DNA of 64,000 bases from the human T2T-CHM13v2.0 reference genome, Homo sapiens. Under the pieces are notes generated by a model. That model saw nothing but the letters and a program-made list of their open reading frames with translations, was not told the DNA's origin and did no database searches. Position numbers and translations under genes: made by a program. Location of the stretch: NCBI RefSeq assembly GCF_009914755.1, contig NC_060943.1. The stretch is one strand, 5' to 3'. Positions 19,822 through 56,703 of the stretch are shown piece after piece; the stretch's first letter is position 1; each line of letters starts with the position of its first letter.

Positions 19822-20432
19822 ACGGAGTGAGAGCAAGGCGAATGTGAGCTTAGAATGGGGCCAGATCCCGGGGCTTGTGCTGTGCGTGCTTCCTGGGGCA
19901 GGGTAGGTGGTGGGAGAGATGGGCCTCTGTGCTTCCCCCAACCTCAGACTCTGCTCAAATGCACCTGATAGCACCCGCTTCCTCCGGGTCTTCCCCAGGA
20001 AAGGCGCTCCCCTGTCACCCCACCTCCGACACTGCCTGCTCCCCCTTCCAGGCCCTCCTGCACACATCTTTCACTCAAACCTGTGAAATATGGAGCGCCT
20101 CCCACGGGCCTCTGTGCGGCTTCCTTCTGCCAGGAAAAGGGCCCCCGACAAGTAAACAAATGTCCAATTACAAAATGTCTCAGGTGCTGTGGAGAATAAA
20201 AATATGGAGCTTAATTAAAAGGAGGAAGCATTTATTCCAGCATGTGAGCTGTATTTCAAGGCAACCAAATAGCCCTGATTGATATGGAAAATTTCTTTCC
20301 GGAGGACTCTAGTGAATCAACAGGGGTATACCAAGGTGGGGAGGGGAAAGTAGGGGCACTTTGTCCCCATATTTCATTGCTGGCATAGTTTAGAGTCTCA
20401 AGGCCATGGTCATGATAAAAAGCAAAGGACTT

Positions 20433-21527
<1,095 letters not shown>

Positions 21528-21949
21528 ATGATTGTTTTTAAGTTCTCTACAGACTATGAATTCCTACTCCCATTGCTGCATCAGGGTAGACTGCTTTCAA
21601 ACCCTGTCCCTCCCCAGGTATGCCTCTAGTTTGGAAGAAATGAAGGAAATAGAAAAGGCACCCATTTTGCAAACCCTAATCAAATGAATGACTGATTCAG
21701 GAAACATTATCGATGCATGAAACTGTTGGGTCAGGGGCTGATGGGGAACTTGACCATGGAACGATAAGGCTGTCATCCACCACCTGACCCCACTGGCCAA
21801 TCTCAGCATCATGAGAGTGGGACAGCCAGACACCACGGGTCCTGGAGCTGAGGACAGGTGAACACACAGCATCACCTCTAGACACGAATCTAATTGGGCT
21901 TCTAGAGCTTGCTTCCATCTCCAAAGAATATGGGGAGAGAGGAACGAGT

Positions 21950-22910
<961 letters not shown>

Positions 22911-22949
22911 AGAAGCAAAAGAAGATGCTGAGAGGAAATTGGTGAGAGG

Positions 22950-24900
<1,951 letters not shown>

Positions 24901-25004
24901 GAAGGGAATAATTTGCTAGGCCCAACATTCCTGAGAGGGCTGTGAAATCAAGCCTGGTGTGTGCCCTTCAAAGTTGGAGAAATGGGGGGCACTGCTGAGT
25001 ACCT

Positions 25005-25632
<628 letters not shown>

Positions 25633-25986
25633 TGACTTCGCTCTCTGCTTCTCTCCTCTTCCTGAGCTGCTTAGGGACCCCTGCTGCTAGGCGCTTTTTT
25701 CCCTGCATTTCTTATGCTGTTCTGTGATGAGCAGGGCCCTCTTTTTCTCCTCCACCGGGGTAAGCATCTTGAGGGCAGGTTGCCTGGTTCAGACTTCAAG
25801 CCCCAGAACAGAATTCATCCCTGCAGCCATTCCCGCAGGCTAAAAGAGCACCGGTTGTGTGCACGGCACCTCGTGGACCCGGTATGATGGCACCATAACT
25901 GATTTCCCTGTTACCCACCAGCATGAAGGGCATGAAGACAGGGAACTTCATTAGCTGTCCCCAAACACAGGAAATTAGTTCATTGA

Positions 25987-26284
25987 GGCCAGGTGCAGTG
26001 GCTCACACCTGTAATCCCAGCACTTTGGGAGGCCGAGGCAGGCAGATTACGAGGTCAGAAATTCGACACCAGCCTGACCAACATGGTGAAATCCTGTCTC
26101 TACTAAAAATACAAAAATTAGCCAGGCATGGTGGTGCACACCTATAATCCCAGCTACTCGGGAAGCTGAGGCAGGAGAATCGCCTGAACACAGGAGGCAG
26201 AGGTTGCAGTGAGCCAAGACTGCACCACTGTACTCCAGCCTGGATGACAGAGTAAGACTCTGTTCCCCACCGCCCCCCCCAAAA
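25987..26284 (+). mobile_element. AluS flanked by 52-bp direct repeats
   Basis: Alu consensus; see findings. Confidence 0.95.
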
Positions 26285-26779
26285 AAGACAAGAAACTCCA
26301 TCAGTTGTCCCCAAACACAGGAAATTAGCTCATCAATCACCCACCACCCCACCAAAAATTAATCAGGGTAAACTTAAGAAGGGACTCCTTGTGGGAACCA
26401 AGGAACAGACCCTGAAAATATAGAAAATATAGCTATCTTCTCCCTAAAGGCCAGGCACACAGAACCCACCACGGCCCTCACGTCAGCCTCACATTCATCC
26501 TCTTCATTATCCTCCTGGCCAGAGGAGAAGTGACTTCCCCAAGGTCACATGAAGGAACACTGGAGTTGGGTTCCATGCACACCAGGGCACTTCTCTTCAG
26601 CAGAGGGGATGGCACCATGGGCACCTGCCAGCCACTGCAGCCACTCCAGGGCCTCTCCCTGCAGGATGCTCTCCTGAATGAGCCTCATATCAGGGGCTGC
26701 CCATCCTTTGGCCTCCCGACACCCCTGCCCATAATTTATCTTTCCCTTACACTGACACAATATTTTAATATTTTAATAT

Positions 26780-27050
26780 TTTTTTAGAGACAGGGTCTCA
26801 CCCTGTGGCCCAAGCTGGAGTGCAGTGGTGCAGTTACAGCTCACCGCAGCCTCAAACTCTTGAGCTCAGGCAGCTCTCCCGCCTCAGCCTCTCAAGTAAC
26901 TGGGATTGTAGGCACTCACCACCATGTCTGGCATTTTTTTTTTTTTTAGAGAGGGGGTCTTGCTATGTTGCCCAGGCTGGTCTCGAACTCCTGGGCTCAA
27001 GCGATCCTCCCACCTTGGCCTCCCAAAGTGCTGAGCCACTGTGCCTGGCC
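26780..27050 (-). mobile_element. AluJ
   Basis: Reverse Alu consensus. Confidence 0.85.
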
Positions 27051-27095
27051 TGGACACAGTTTTATATATTAATTTTAGATAATATCACACACTGA

Positions 27096-27458
27096 CAATA
27101 ATGAATACTGGCAAGGATATAGAGAAAAGAGAACCCTCATATACTATTGGTGGGAAAGTAAATTAATACAACCACTATGGAGAACAGTATGGAGGTTGCT
27201 CAAAAAAAACTAAAAACAGAACTAGCGTATAATTCAGCAACCCCACTGCCATGCATTTATAAATAATCTGGTTAGTTATAAATTGTATTTTTATAAATTG
27301 TATGTTATAGGTATATTTCTAAAGGAAATCGGTATATCAAAGAGCTAGCTGTACACCCATGTTTATTGCAGCACTATTCACAATTGCTAAGATTTGGAAT
27401 CAACCTAAGTGTCTATCAATGGATTAACGGATTAAAAATGTATTACACACAAAAAACA
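27096..27458 (+). mobile_element. Internal L1 (L1MA-like) ORF2-end fragment with 12-bp TSD
   Basis: ggcaaggatatagagaaaagagaaccctcatatactattggtggga...caacctaagtgtctatcaatgga; atcacacactga at both ends. Confidence 0.85.
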
Positions 27459-27470
27459 ATCACACACTGA

Positions 27471-28470
<1,000 letters not shown>

Positions 28471-29744
28471 CACCTCCTTCTCTACACAGGTGGAGATCAG
28501 GGCCTCAGGCTCATGTCTTGGGCAGGCAGCAGCCTCTGCCTCCTGTTGCTGTCCTGAGTTATAAACATTTTCTTACTTCCCTTCTCTTTGTGGCTAGCAA
28601 GGCTGCTCTTCTTCCATTTATGATAATGGATTGAAATCTACTTTTCAAACAAGTGGATCTAAGTGAGAAATAGAATTCATAGTGAAAGGCTGAAGGTGGA
28701 GAGGCTCTCACAGCAGAGGAGAAAAGAGGGGAAGAAGTTGGGAGGTGGAGAAACCCTGGCCTTGGGAGTGAAGCCTCCTTTGTGTCCAGAATACCAGCGA
28801 AGGAATGCGCCCCTGACTCGGTGCACCCGGCCTCCTTGGCTTCCTATCGCCTTTCGTAGCTTTCACCTTTGCCCTCATCCATTCATCCATGCACTTATTT
28901 ATTCAGCAAACTTGGCTGTCCAGAGCCTATGGTTGGCCCTGGGGAATACTCCGGCCCCCCGGCCTGGGACGCTCCCAATCTAACTCCTCTGCAAAGCCTT
29001 CTTCCGTCTCTTGTTCTGTTTGTTTAATCCTAATCCTAACCTCATCTAGGACCCTATCATGCAGACTCTGAGTCAGCTCTGAATTCCCACGTGAGGTCCC
29101 AAGGTCAGACAACGACCTTGGCCAGGTTGATATTTAAGGGAGTAAAGACATAGGGTGAGGTGGCTCCACCCAAAGAGGGCAGCCTCCTGCTGTTGCTCTG
29201 CACACGTGTGGGCTCAACTGTGCCAAATCATCCTATTGTCCCCTGAGCCAGAGGCCCTCCCGTATCCAGGAATTCACAGCTTTGCTAGCATGCTGGGCTG
29301 GCCAGTGGTGTTCCAGATGAGTCCTGCTTGGTTAGACCCCAGCTTTCCCACAGAGTGTGTGAGGTGTTCCTGGGAGCTCCTGGAGGGCAGGGCCATGTCG
29401 GTCCACTCCAGCCCACTAGAGCTTGCCCTGGGCTGGCACACAGAGGCTTCCAAGGCCACCAGGCTGAGTCATCAGTGGATTCCCATATGACTGATGTAAG
29501 CGTGTGGCCGAGGGATGATGCCAGGAGAAGTCAGGATTCCTGGGGAATTGAGACAATGAGTCTAATGTCCACTCCCATGTGCAGGCCTGGCATCTACACA
29601 ACCAGGGCCAGTGGATTTCCAGACCTTCCACATGAGGGGCCAACGTGGGTCTGCAGGACTACTAGGAGGCTCACTGGCAGGCACAAATGGGCCTGCCCAG
29701 GACTAGACAAACTTTCACGGTTCATTGTCCTTTGACATCCATGA

Positions 29745-30150
29745 CTGTCTTGGTTGCAAGTTATAAGAAGTCCAAACCCAACTGGCTACATAAAAACATG
29801 AAAATAGCGAATTGGCTCCTGTATCCAGGAAGCTTCTAGTAATCCAGTCTTGGGCTTGATTGGATCCAGAACCTCAAGGGATCAGAAGTCTGCCTCCCAG
29901 AACCTCTGGCTCTGCTTTCCAGGAAGGACTTCCCTCTACGAAAGGTCAACTTATGTGGCAAGATGGCCTCATGGCTGCAGGCCCACTTCTAGTCGGCTTA
30001 GCAACTCCTGAGGCTCGTCATTGGCCCAGCCTGGGTCATTGTGCTTATGCCTGAGCCAATCGCATGGCCAGGAATGCGGGATTCTGATTGGCCAAGGCCC
30101 CTCCCCCATTAAAGTGCAGAGAGGGTGTAGCTTGGAGGAAAATGCTGGAC
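29745..30150 (-). mobile_element. Old MaLR LTR (MLT1K/L-like)
   Basis: tcttggttgcaag...ccaactggct start and attggcccagcctgggtca...ctgagccaat...ctgattggcc. Confidence 0.6.
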
Positions 30151-30410
30151 CCTGACAGGAAGGGAGAGGCCAGGGCCTTTGCTATCCCAGCCCGTGCTCT
30201 GTCTTGCAGCTGTGCCTGTCTTCAGAAATCCCAAAATGAGATTTAAATGAAAGCTGAGGGTATGGCAGTCAGACACAGAACAGAACACTCTTGTGTGTTA
30301 ACTGGTGCTGAGAGGGTAGCTTCCTGCTGCGTATCTGCCCGGCCACCCCCACCTCCCCAACCTCATCACACACTCCCACTCTTTCAAGCATCTTCAAATT
30401 AATCTCTGCC

Positions 30411-30738
<328 letters not shown>

Positions 30739-31639
30739 TGAACTTAATACAGAATCCAAAAATGTCAGCTGCCATCATTATCCTATCATACACTAAGTTA
30801 AAAGGCCAATTTTAATTTTCCCTGGAAGTTTTCATTGGTCACAGCCTCCATCTGAAGAAGCGATGGCTAGGCTTGCTCCCCAATGTAAGAGGAGGTTAGG
30901 CCGGGACAGAAGCACCCTTTCACTGGTTTTCATCCTTCCCACCTTGGTGGCTTTACACAGCAGTGTGCGCTGGTTCTGAGCAGGAACCAAGCCTTGGGGA
31001 GCATGGGTTGGGCCCTTGCCTGGCTGGCTGGGGGGCCTGTGCAGGCAGATTGTCCCGCCCAGGGAGGACAGGAGCCAAGCCTCCAGGGCTTTCCCATGCT
31101 CACGTTCCCTGGCGCTGGGCCGCAGACACTCTGTGGTTGACAGCCTGGTCCTGTTCATCTTGCCCGGCTCCCACTTCACAGCTCACACTGGTATAGTGTG
31201 GCCCCCTCCTCTTCTAGTATTTCCATGTGTAGCCTCACAAGATAACTGGCTCATCCAGGTGGCCACAGATGTCCAGCTTGGCCCCACAGCAAGGCCTTAG
31301 CCAGCTCCACTGCCAGCCACAGCCCACACCTTCCCTGATCAACCTTTGCTAGCAGCGGGGCTCTTTAATTGTCCGCTAAGACGCCTTTGAGGACCTGGTA
31401 GAAGTTAGGCTCCAGCTGCCTGGGGAAATGCACATGGGCCCAACAGTAGGCAGGCTCCTGGGTCTCCAAAGGCTGTCCAGGGATCCCATGTTAAGGAATC
31501 CTATCTGGGAAGGACTTCCCCCTTGCAATCCCTTGGTCTTCCTTCTCCTTAACCTTTATGTCCTGGTGCCCGTCCTCCATCATCAGAGCCTGAACCATAT
31601 AGGAAGCTAAGCAAATAACCCCCGAATCTCTTTATGAGT

Positions 31640-31820
31640 AATAACAACACAAATTGAGCAGTTACCTTGTGCCAGATACTGTTGAAAACACTTGAGGGGT
31701 ATTAATACATTTACCCCTCACCGCAACCCCATGACGTTGGGACAATTAGAATTATACCCATTTTACAGATGAGAAGATTAAAGCACAGAGAGGTTGGAGA
31801 ACCTTCCCAAAGTCTCATAG
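31640..31820 (+). mobile_element. MIR
   Basis: cccattttacagatgagaagattaaagcacagagaggtt core. Confidence 0.8.
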
Positions 31821-31861
31821 CAAAGGGGAGGTGTTGCCCTCCCTACACAGCAGCTGGTTCA

Positions 31862-33242
<1,381 letters not shown>

Positions 33243-33244
33243 TT

Positions 33245-34860
33245 AATTTTTATTGAGTAAAAGATACATTCAGTAAAGTGCACAAATCCTAGGTGTGAAC
33301 TTTTATGTATGTATCAATCAATGAGCTTTTATGTATGTATACAGTCATGAAACCACCACTCAGATCAAAGCATACATGTCTAGCCCCTAGAAGTTTCCCC
33401 TGGTCTCCTCCCGGTCATTACTCCTCACCCTAGGGGTAAATACTGTTACGGTGACTGCTGTCTTTTCTTAAACTTCAAATAAATGGAAACTTCAAATAAG
33501 TGTGTCTGGCTTCTTGGGCTCAACATGTTGTCTCTGAAATTCTCATGTTGCTGCATGATTCCTTGGTTTGTCCTTTTTATTGCTGTGTGGTATTCCATTG
33601 AATTAATATAACAACATTTATGTATCCATTCTATTCTTGATGAACATGTCAGCTAGGATGTGGAAGATTTGGGCTCTATCTTTGCTGGTGGGTGTATACA
33701 TTGCTGTAATGACTAAGGAAAACTGTCTTGTCTACCATCATTATAATAACTCATTTAGTGAGCATTTACTGTGTGCCAGGTACTGTACAGGAGTCAGCTA
33801 CATTATCTCAATCTTCACAATGATCCTTGGGAGTAGATAGTTGCCATCTGTGAAACAGGATAATTGTGGCATCAACATGAATAGGATTATTGTGAAGTTT
33901 AATTGAGATGATACTTTGAAGGACTTAGCCCAGTGCTGCCATTTTGGAAACACTGTTTATGATACCTGTTACTGGTGATTCCTAACGGGCACAGGATGGG
34001 GGGTTCAGGTGCCTGGGTCCCTGCTGAGCAAGTAGCCCAGCAGCCTTGGCCTCAGAGCACCTGGGGGAATCATGAATTTGTGAGCCTCTTTGATAAGACC
34101 CTGGCTCTAACTTCAAGAAAACGGTCACTAGGGGAGGGTGAGGGACAGGACTGAGACTTTAGCTTAAGAAGGGCCCTGGGAGCATTCCAGAGCCTTCTTT
34201 TACGCACATCTTCCTGAAGCTGAGTACAGAGGGTACTCTGAGGTGATGACTGTTCCTTACCTGTCTCTCTCATTAGCCGGTAAGCCCTGCAAGGGCTTGG
34301 CCAGTGCCTGTCTTTCAAATGTTCATTCAGAAACAATTTAAGTGTCTCCCTTGGTCCAGGCACTATGCCAAGAACTGACAGATACAGCAGTGAGCAAGAT
34401 GGGCAAGGTGGGGAGAGAGACAAGAAACAGAGAGGCACCAAGACTGTGTAGGGGCTGGGCTCCCAGCACTTTGGGAGGCCAAGGCGGGAGGATCGCTTGA
34501 GCTCATGGGTTTGAGACCAGCCTGAGCAACATAGCAAGACCCTATCCCTACCTGCCACCCCCCACCCCCCGCCACAATAAAAAATACAAGTCTTGAGGGA
34601 GAAAGGACAGAGGAGCTGTGGAGAGGAGGCCTGAGGTCTGAGGGTGAGGGATCAGGGTCAGGTCCTGTGGAGCCTGTAGCCTAGGACACGGAGTGTGGAT
34701 TTGACCCTTATGCGAAACAACTGGAAGGCTTTTTGTTTCTTTTTCTGTAGAAATGGGGGTCTCACTGTTACCCAGGCTGGTCTCGAACACCCCAAGGGAT
34801 CAGCCGTCTCGGCCTCCCACAATGCTGGGATTAAAGGCGTGAGCCACCGCGCCCGGCCTC
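33245..34860. mobile_element. L1M antisense (~33245-33640), MIR pieces (~33740-33960), L2 (~34200-34720) and Alu monomers (+34460-34590, -34730-34858)
   Basis: Consensus motifs. Confidence 0.7.
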
Positions 34861-35198
34861 AACTGGAAGGCTTTAAGTGAGAGATGGGGTGCAAGGGAAT
34901 CCCAGAGTCAGAAAGGTCTTCAGAGAGCCAGGAAGGGCTTGCGGGGGAGGGGCGCATATGGAAGGGGCGCATGGAAGGAACTCACAGATTCCTTGAATGA
35001 ATGAATGAACGACCCAATGCACTGACGGATGAATGGACAGGCGGCCAGGAATAGCAGCCGGCCCCCAGGGAGCCCCAGACCCCGCGGCCTGAAGCCTTGG
35101 TTCTAGGCCAAGGCACAGGCGCGGTGACCTTGGGGATGTCCCCGCCCAGGACTCAGGGCCCGGAACTCGGCGTCTCGGGGGCGGGGAGGGCGTGCCTG

Positions 35199-35418
35199 GC
35201 GGGACAGCGCGCGCGGAGGAACGGCGGGCGGTGCTCCTCGGGTAGGCCCCCCACACATCCCCTTGGCTCAGCCCTGCCGGGGCCCGAACCCGCGCCGCCC
35301 GCCGTGTTTACATTCCACCCGCGCCAGCCACGCGGCTTTTTGCCGCTCCAGCGCCGCTCGGCCCCGCCCTCGGCGCCCGCGGCCCGCCCCTCGCCGCCGC
35401 GCGCCAGACTTCTCCCGC
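35199..35418. promoter_or_regulatory. Upstream E2F-like sites: GCGGGACA (35199-35206), TTTGCCGC (35339-35346), TCTCCCGC (35411-35418)
   Basis: Matches or near-matches to TTTSSCGC; CCNE1 is a classic E2F target. Confidence 0.65.
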
Positions 35419-35689
35419 GTCCCGCCCGCCGCCCCGCCCCGCGTCCCGCGCCCCGCGCCCCGCGCCCGGCCCTCGGCGCGCAGGCCCTGTCACTTGGCCC
35501 CGCCCTGTCCGCCGGCCCCGCCCCTGATTCCCCGTCCCTGCGCCTCGCTGGCCGGCGCCGTGGAGGGGCGGGTCCGGGGGCGGGGCGAGGGACGGGGCGG
35601 GACGGGCTCTGGGTCCCGCGCGGCCGCTGAGGGGCTGGGAGCCGCGGCGGGGCGGTGCGAGGGCGGGCCGGGGCCGGTTCCGCGCGCAG

Positions 35690-35707
35690 GGATTTTAAAT
35701 GTCCCGC
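35690..35707 (+). promoter_or_regulatory. AT-rich element plus variant E2F site (GGATTTTAAATGTCCCGC), cyclin E repressor module-type element
   Basis: Lone AT-rich patch abutting TGTCCCGC just upstream of the TSS; matches the bipartite E2F/AT-rich cyclin E promoter module as I remember it. Confidence 0.8.
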
Positions 35708-35724
35708 TCTGAGCCGGGCGCAGG

Positions 35725-35883
35725 AGCAGCCGGCGCGGCCGCCAGCGCGGTGTAGGGGGCAGGCGCGGATCCCGCCACCGCCGCGCGCTCGGCCCGCCGA
35801 CTCCCGGCGCCGCCGCCGCCACTGCCGTCGCCGCCGCCGCCTGCCGGGACTGGAGCGCGCCGTCCGCCGCGGACAAGACCCTG
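35725..35883 (+). other. CCNE1: CCNE1 exon 1 (non-coding 5'UTR; TSS approximate)
   Basis: GC-rich, ATG-free, ends CTG|gtgagt donor at 35884; joins to exon 2 as in the remembered mRNA. The 5' end is not exactly determinable. Confidence 0.85.
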
Positions 35884-36160
35884 GTGAGTCTACTGCCGCG
35901 GGCTGCGGACAGGGACTCCTGGGGCCCAGACCGCGCCGGGGAGCTGGGTGGGGGCGGGGTGCGGCCGGGTCGCGGGTCCCCGGGCGGCGTCGCGGGGCGC
36001 CCGGGAGGGTGCTGAGAGCGCGGCGGGGTGGGGTGGAGGGGACACTGAGGCAGCCCGGGCCCCGGGAGGCGACGGGCCGGTGAGGGCGGCGGGGGCGGCG
36101 GGACCCCGGGTCGGGGGTCGGCGGGTGCCCGGGTCGCGGGTGACAGGCCACCCCGCCATC

Positions 36161-36169
36161 GGCCATCTT
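36161..36169 (+). promoter_or_regulatory. YY1-like motif (GGCCATCTT) in intron 1
   Basis: Near-match to CGCCATNTT, downstream of the TSS where YY1 sites are typical. Confidence 0.4.
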
Positions 36170-36285
36170 CCTGGCCCGCCCGGCCGCCCGCGCGCAAAGG
36201 GGGAGGGGTACTGGGCCCGCGGCCTGACCCCGCCGCCGCCTCACCCCGCGCCGCCCCGCAGGCCTCAGGCCGGAGCAGCCCCATC

Positions 36286-47500
<11,215 letters not shown>

Positions 47501-47746
47501 CCACCCCATCCTTCTCCACCAAAGACAGTTGCGCGCCTGCTCCACGTTCTCTTCTGTCTGTTGCAGCGGAGGCGTGCGTTTGCTTTTACAGATATCTGAA
47601 TGGAAGAGTGTTTCTTCCACAACAGAAGTATTTCTGTGGATGGCATCAAACAGGGCAAAGTGTTTTTTATTGAATGCTTATAGGTTTTTTTTAAATAAGT
47701 GGGTCAAGTACACCAGCCACCTCCAGACACCAGTGCGTGCTCCCGA

Positions 47747-47754
47747 TGCTGCTA
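47747..47754 (+). promoter_or_regulatory. miR-15/16/195/424/497 family 8mer site 1 (TGCTGCTA)
   Basis: Perfect complement to seed AGCAGCA plus A1; CCNE1 is an established miR-15/16 target. Confidence 0.9.
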
Positions 47755-47984
47755 TGGAAGGTGCTACTTGACCTAAGGGACTCCCACAACAACAAAAGCT
47801 TGAAGCTGTGGAGGGCCACGGTGGCGTGGCTCTCCTCGCAGGTGTTCTGGGCTCCGTTGTACCAAGTGGAGCAGGTGGTTGCGGGCAAGCGTTGTGCAGA
47901 GCCCATAGCCAGCTGGGCAGGGGGCTGCCCTCTCCACATTATCAGTTGACAGTGTACAATGCCTTTGATGAACTGTTTTGTAAG

Positions 47985-47992
47985 TGCTGCTA
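47985..47992 (+). promoter_or_regulatory. miR-15/16 family 8mer site 2 (TGCTGCTA)
   Basis: Second perfect 8mer in AU-rich context, 17 nt upstream of the poly(A) signal. Confidence 0.9.
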
Positions 47993-48008
47993 TATCTATC
48001 CATTTTTT

Positions 48009-48014
48009 AATAAA
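48009..48014 (+). terminator. Polyadenylation signal AATAAA of CCNE1
   Basis: Canonical hexamer, upstream TGTA motifs, downstream GU/U-rich sequence. Confidence 0.9.
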
Positions 48015-48062
48015 GATAATACTGTTTTTGAGACAGCTGGTTTTATGAGCTATGTCTGGTAA

Positions 48063-53329
<5,267 letters not shown>

Positions 53330-54689
53330 TCATTTCTCTGCCCACTGTGCCTGACGACAACAACAACAAAAAAACCCTGGTCCTCAGGTGGTGGGAGTCA
53401 AGGGTTTTCCAATGCCGTCTTCCCTGTGTGGAACACGGACAGCTTACTCTTTCATGATGGTTATTTGGTACCATGTGATAAATACATGATGCAGAGGTTC
53501 ACACTGACTTTTAGTTTCTAAGGCAGGTAGAGCCATGGAGCCCTTTAAGATTCAGAGCATGGCACCCAATACGTGTCCATCCTCTAACTCAGACACAAAC
53601 GAGATTGGAGTTTATTTGGGCAAAATTAGGCTCTAGCTCTGAGCAGGGCTAGAGAGAGAAATCAAATCTGATAATGTCTAGTCATATTTACCCAACCGTG
53701 CATTTTCCTACCACATGTTCCACATTTTGAAATTCAAATCACATTTATACCTTGGACATTGTTAGAAGACTATTTTTATCCCTGCTGTAATCATCTAATT
53801 TGCTGATTACAGGTCTCAAATTGCCACAGAGAACTCAATTTTTGAAAGAATTGTCCTGTTTGATCAAATATGTTATTCAAGCAATGCAGTCATTTGTTCC
53901 ACAAGGTTACCTGCCAGGTAGAGTTAACCAGGAGTAATAGCATTAGAAGCCTATACTTAAAATCAAGCATTAGCTAATCCGCCTGCGACAATAGAGTCTT
54001 AAATATAATTTGCTGCAGATACTTCAGTTCCTGCACCGACAGACAATTGCAGTCTGTATCCAATGAGCACAGATTTTTTCCTACCTCGTCCCAATTCCAA
54101 ATTTAACTTCAGAAGACTCTAATGTACTCAGTTGCATAGGCTTACCAGGTACTCTTTCCTGGGAGCCTCACATGGGAGGGCAACACTATCCTTTATTCAA
54201 TAAACAGCATTCCCCCACCTTTTAAATCATTTTCCTGATCAATGCCAATTCCAAAAGTTGTGTGGTATCTGATTATGCAGTGCGGTTCAAGTCAAATGCT
54301 GGCTTCCTTGGGGTTGGTGAGTGAGGTGCCCTCGATGGAGTCCCTGCTAAGTGTACACTGCCAGTCCTGGAGACATGAACTCAAGGGAGCCTGGGAGACC
54401 GGGGAAGCCCTGGAGTCCCCGGAGGGCACTGGTATGAAATGAAAAGGTGGCACTCTAGGAGCAGAGCAGCAGCAGGACTCAAGCTCGGGAGGTGGGGCTG
54501 TGGAATGCTCTCCAGCAGTCACAAAAGCCCTCACAAATAGGGTAGAGGAAGGCCACATCACAAGGGGCTTTTGCCGTCAACTAAGATGGGTGTGGTCTCC
54601 CCCGCAGCAGGAAGCCGGTGTTTGTAAGACAGGAGTGACTTGCTCAGAGCCGGTTTGGAGGAAGAGGTTGATGAACAAGTACAGAGTTA

Positions 54690-56703
<2,014 letters not shown>

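Larger units (their letters stand above)
47501..48033 (+). other. CCNE1: CCNE1 3'UTR (end approximate)
   Basis: Follows the stop codon up to ~20 nt after AATAAA. Confidence 0.85.
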
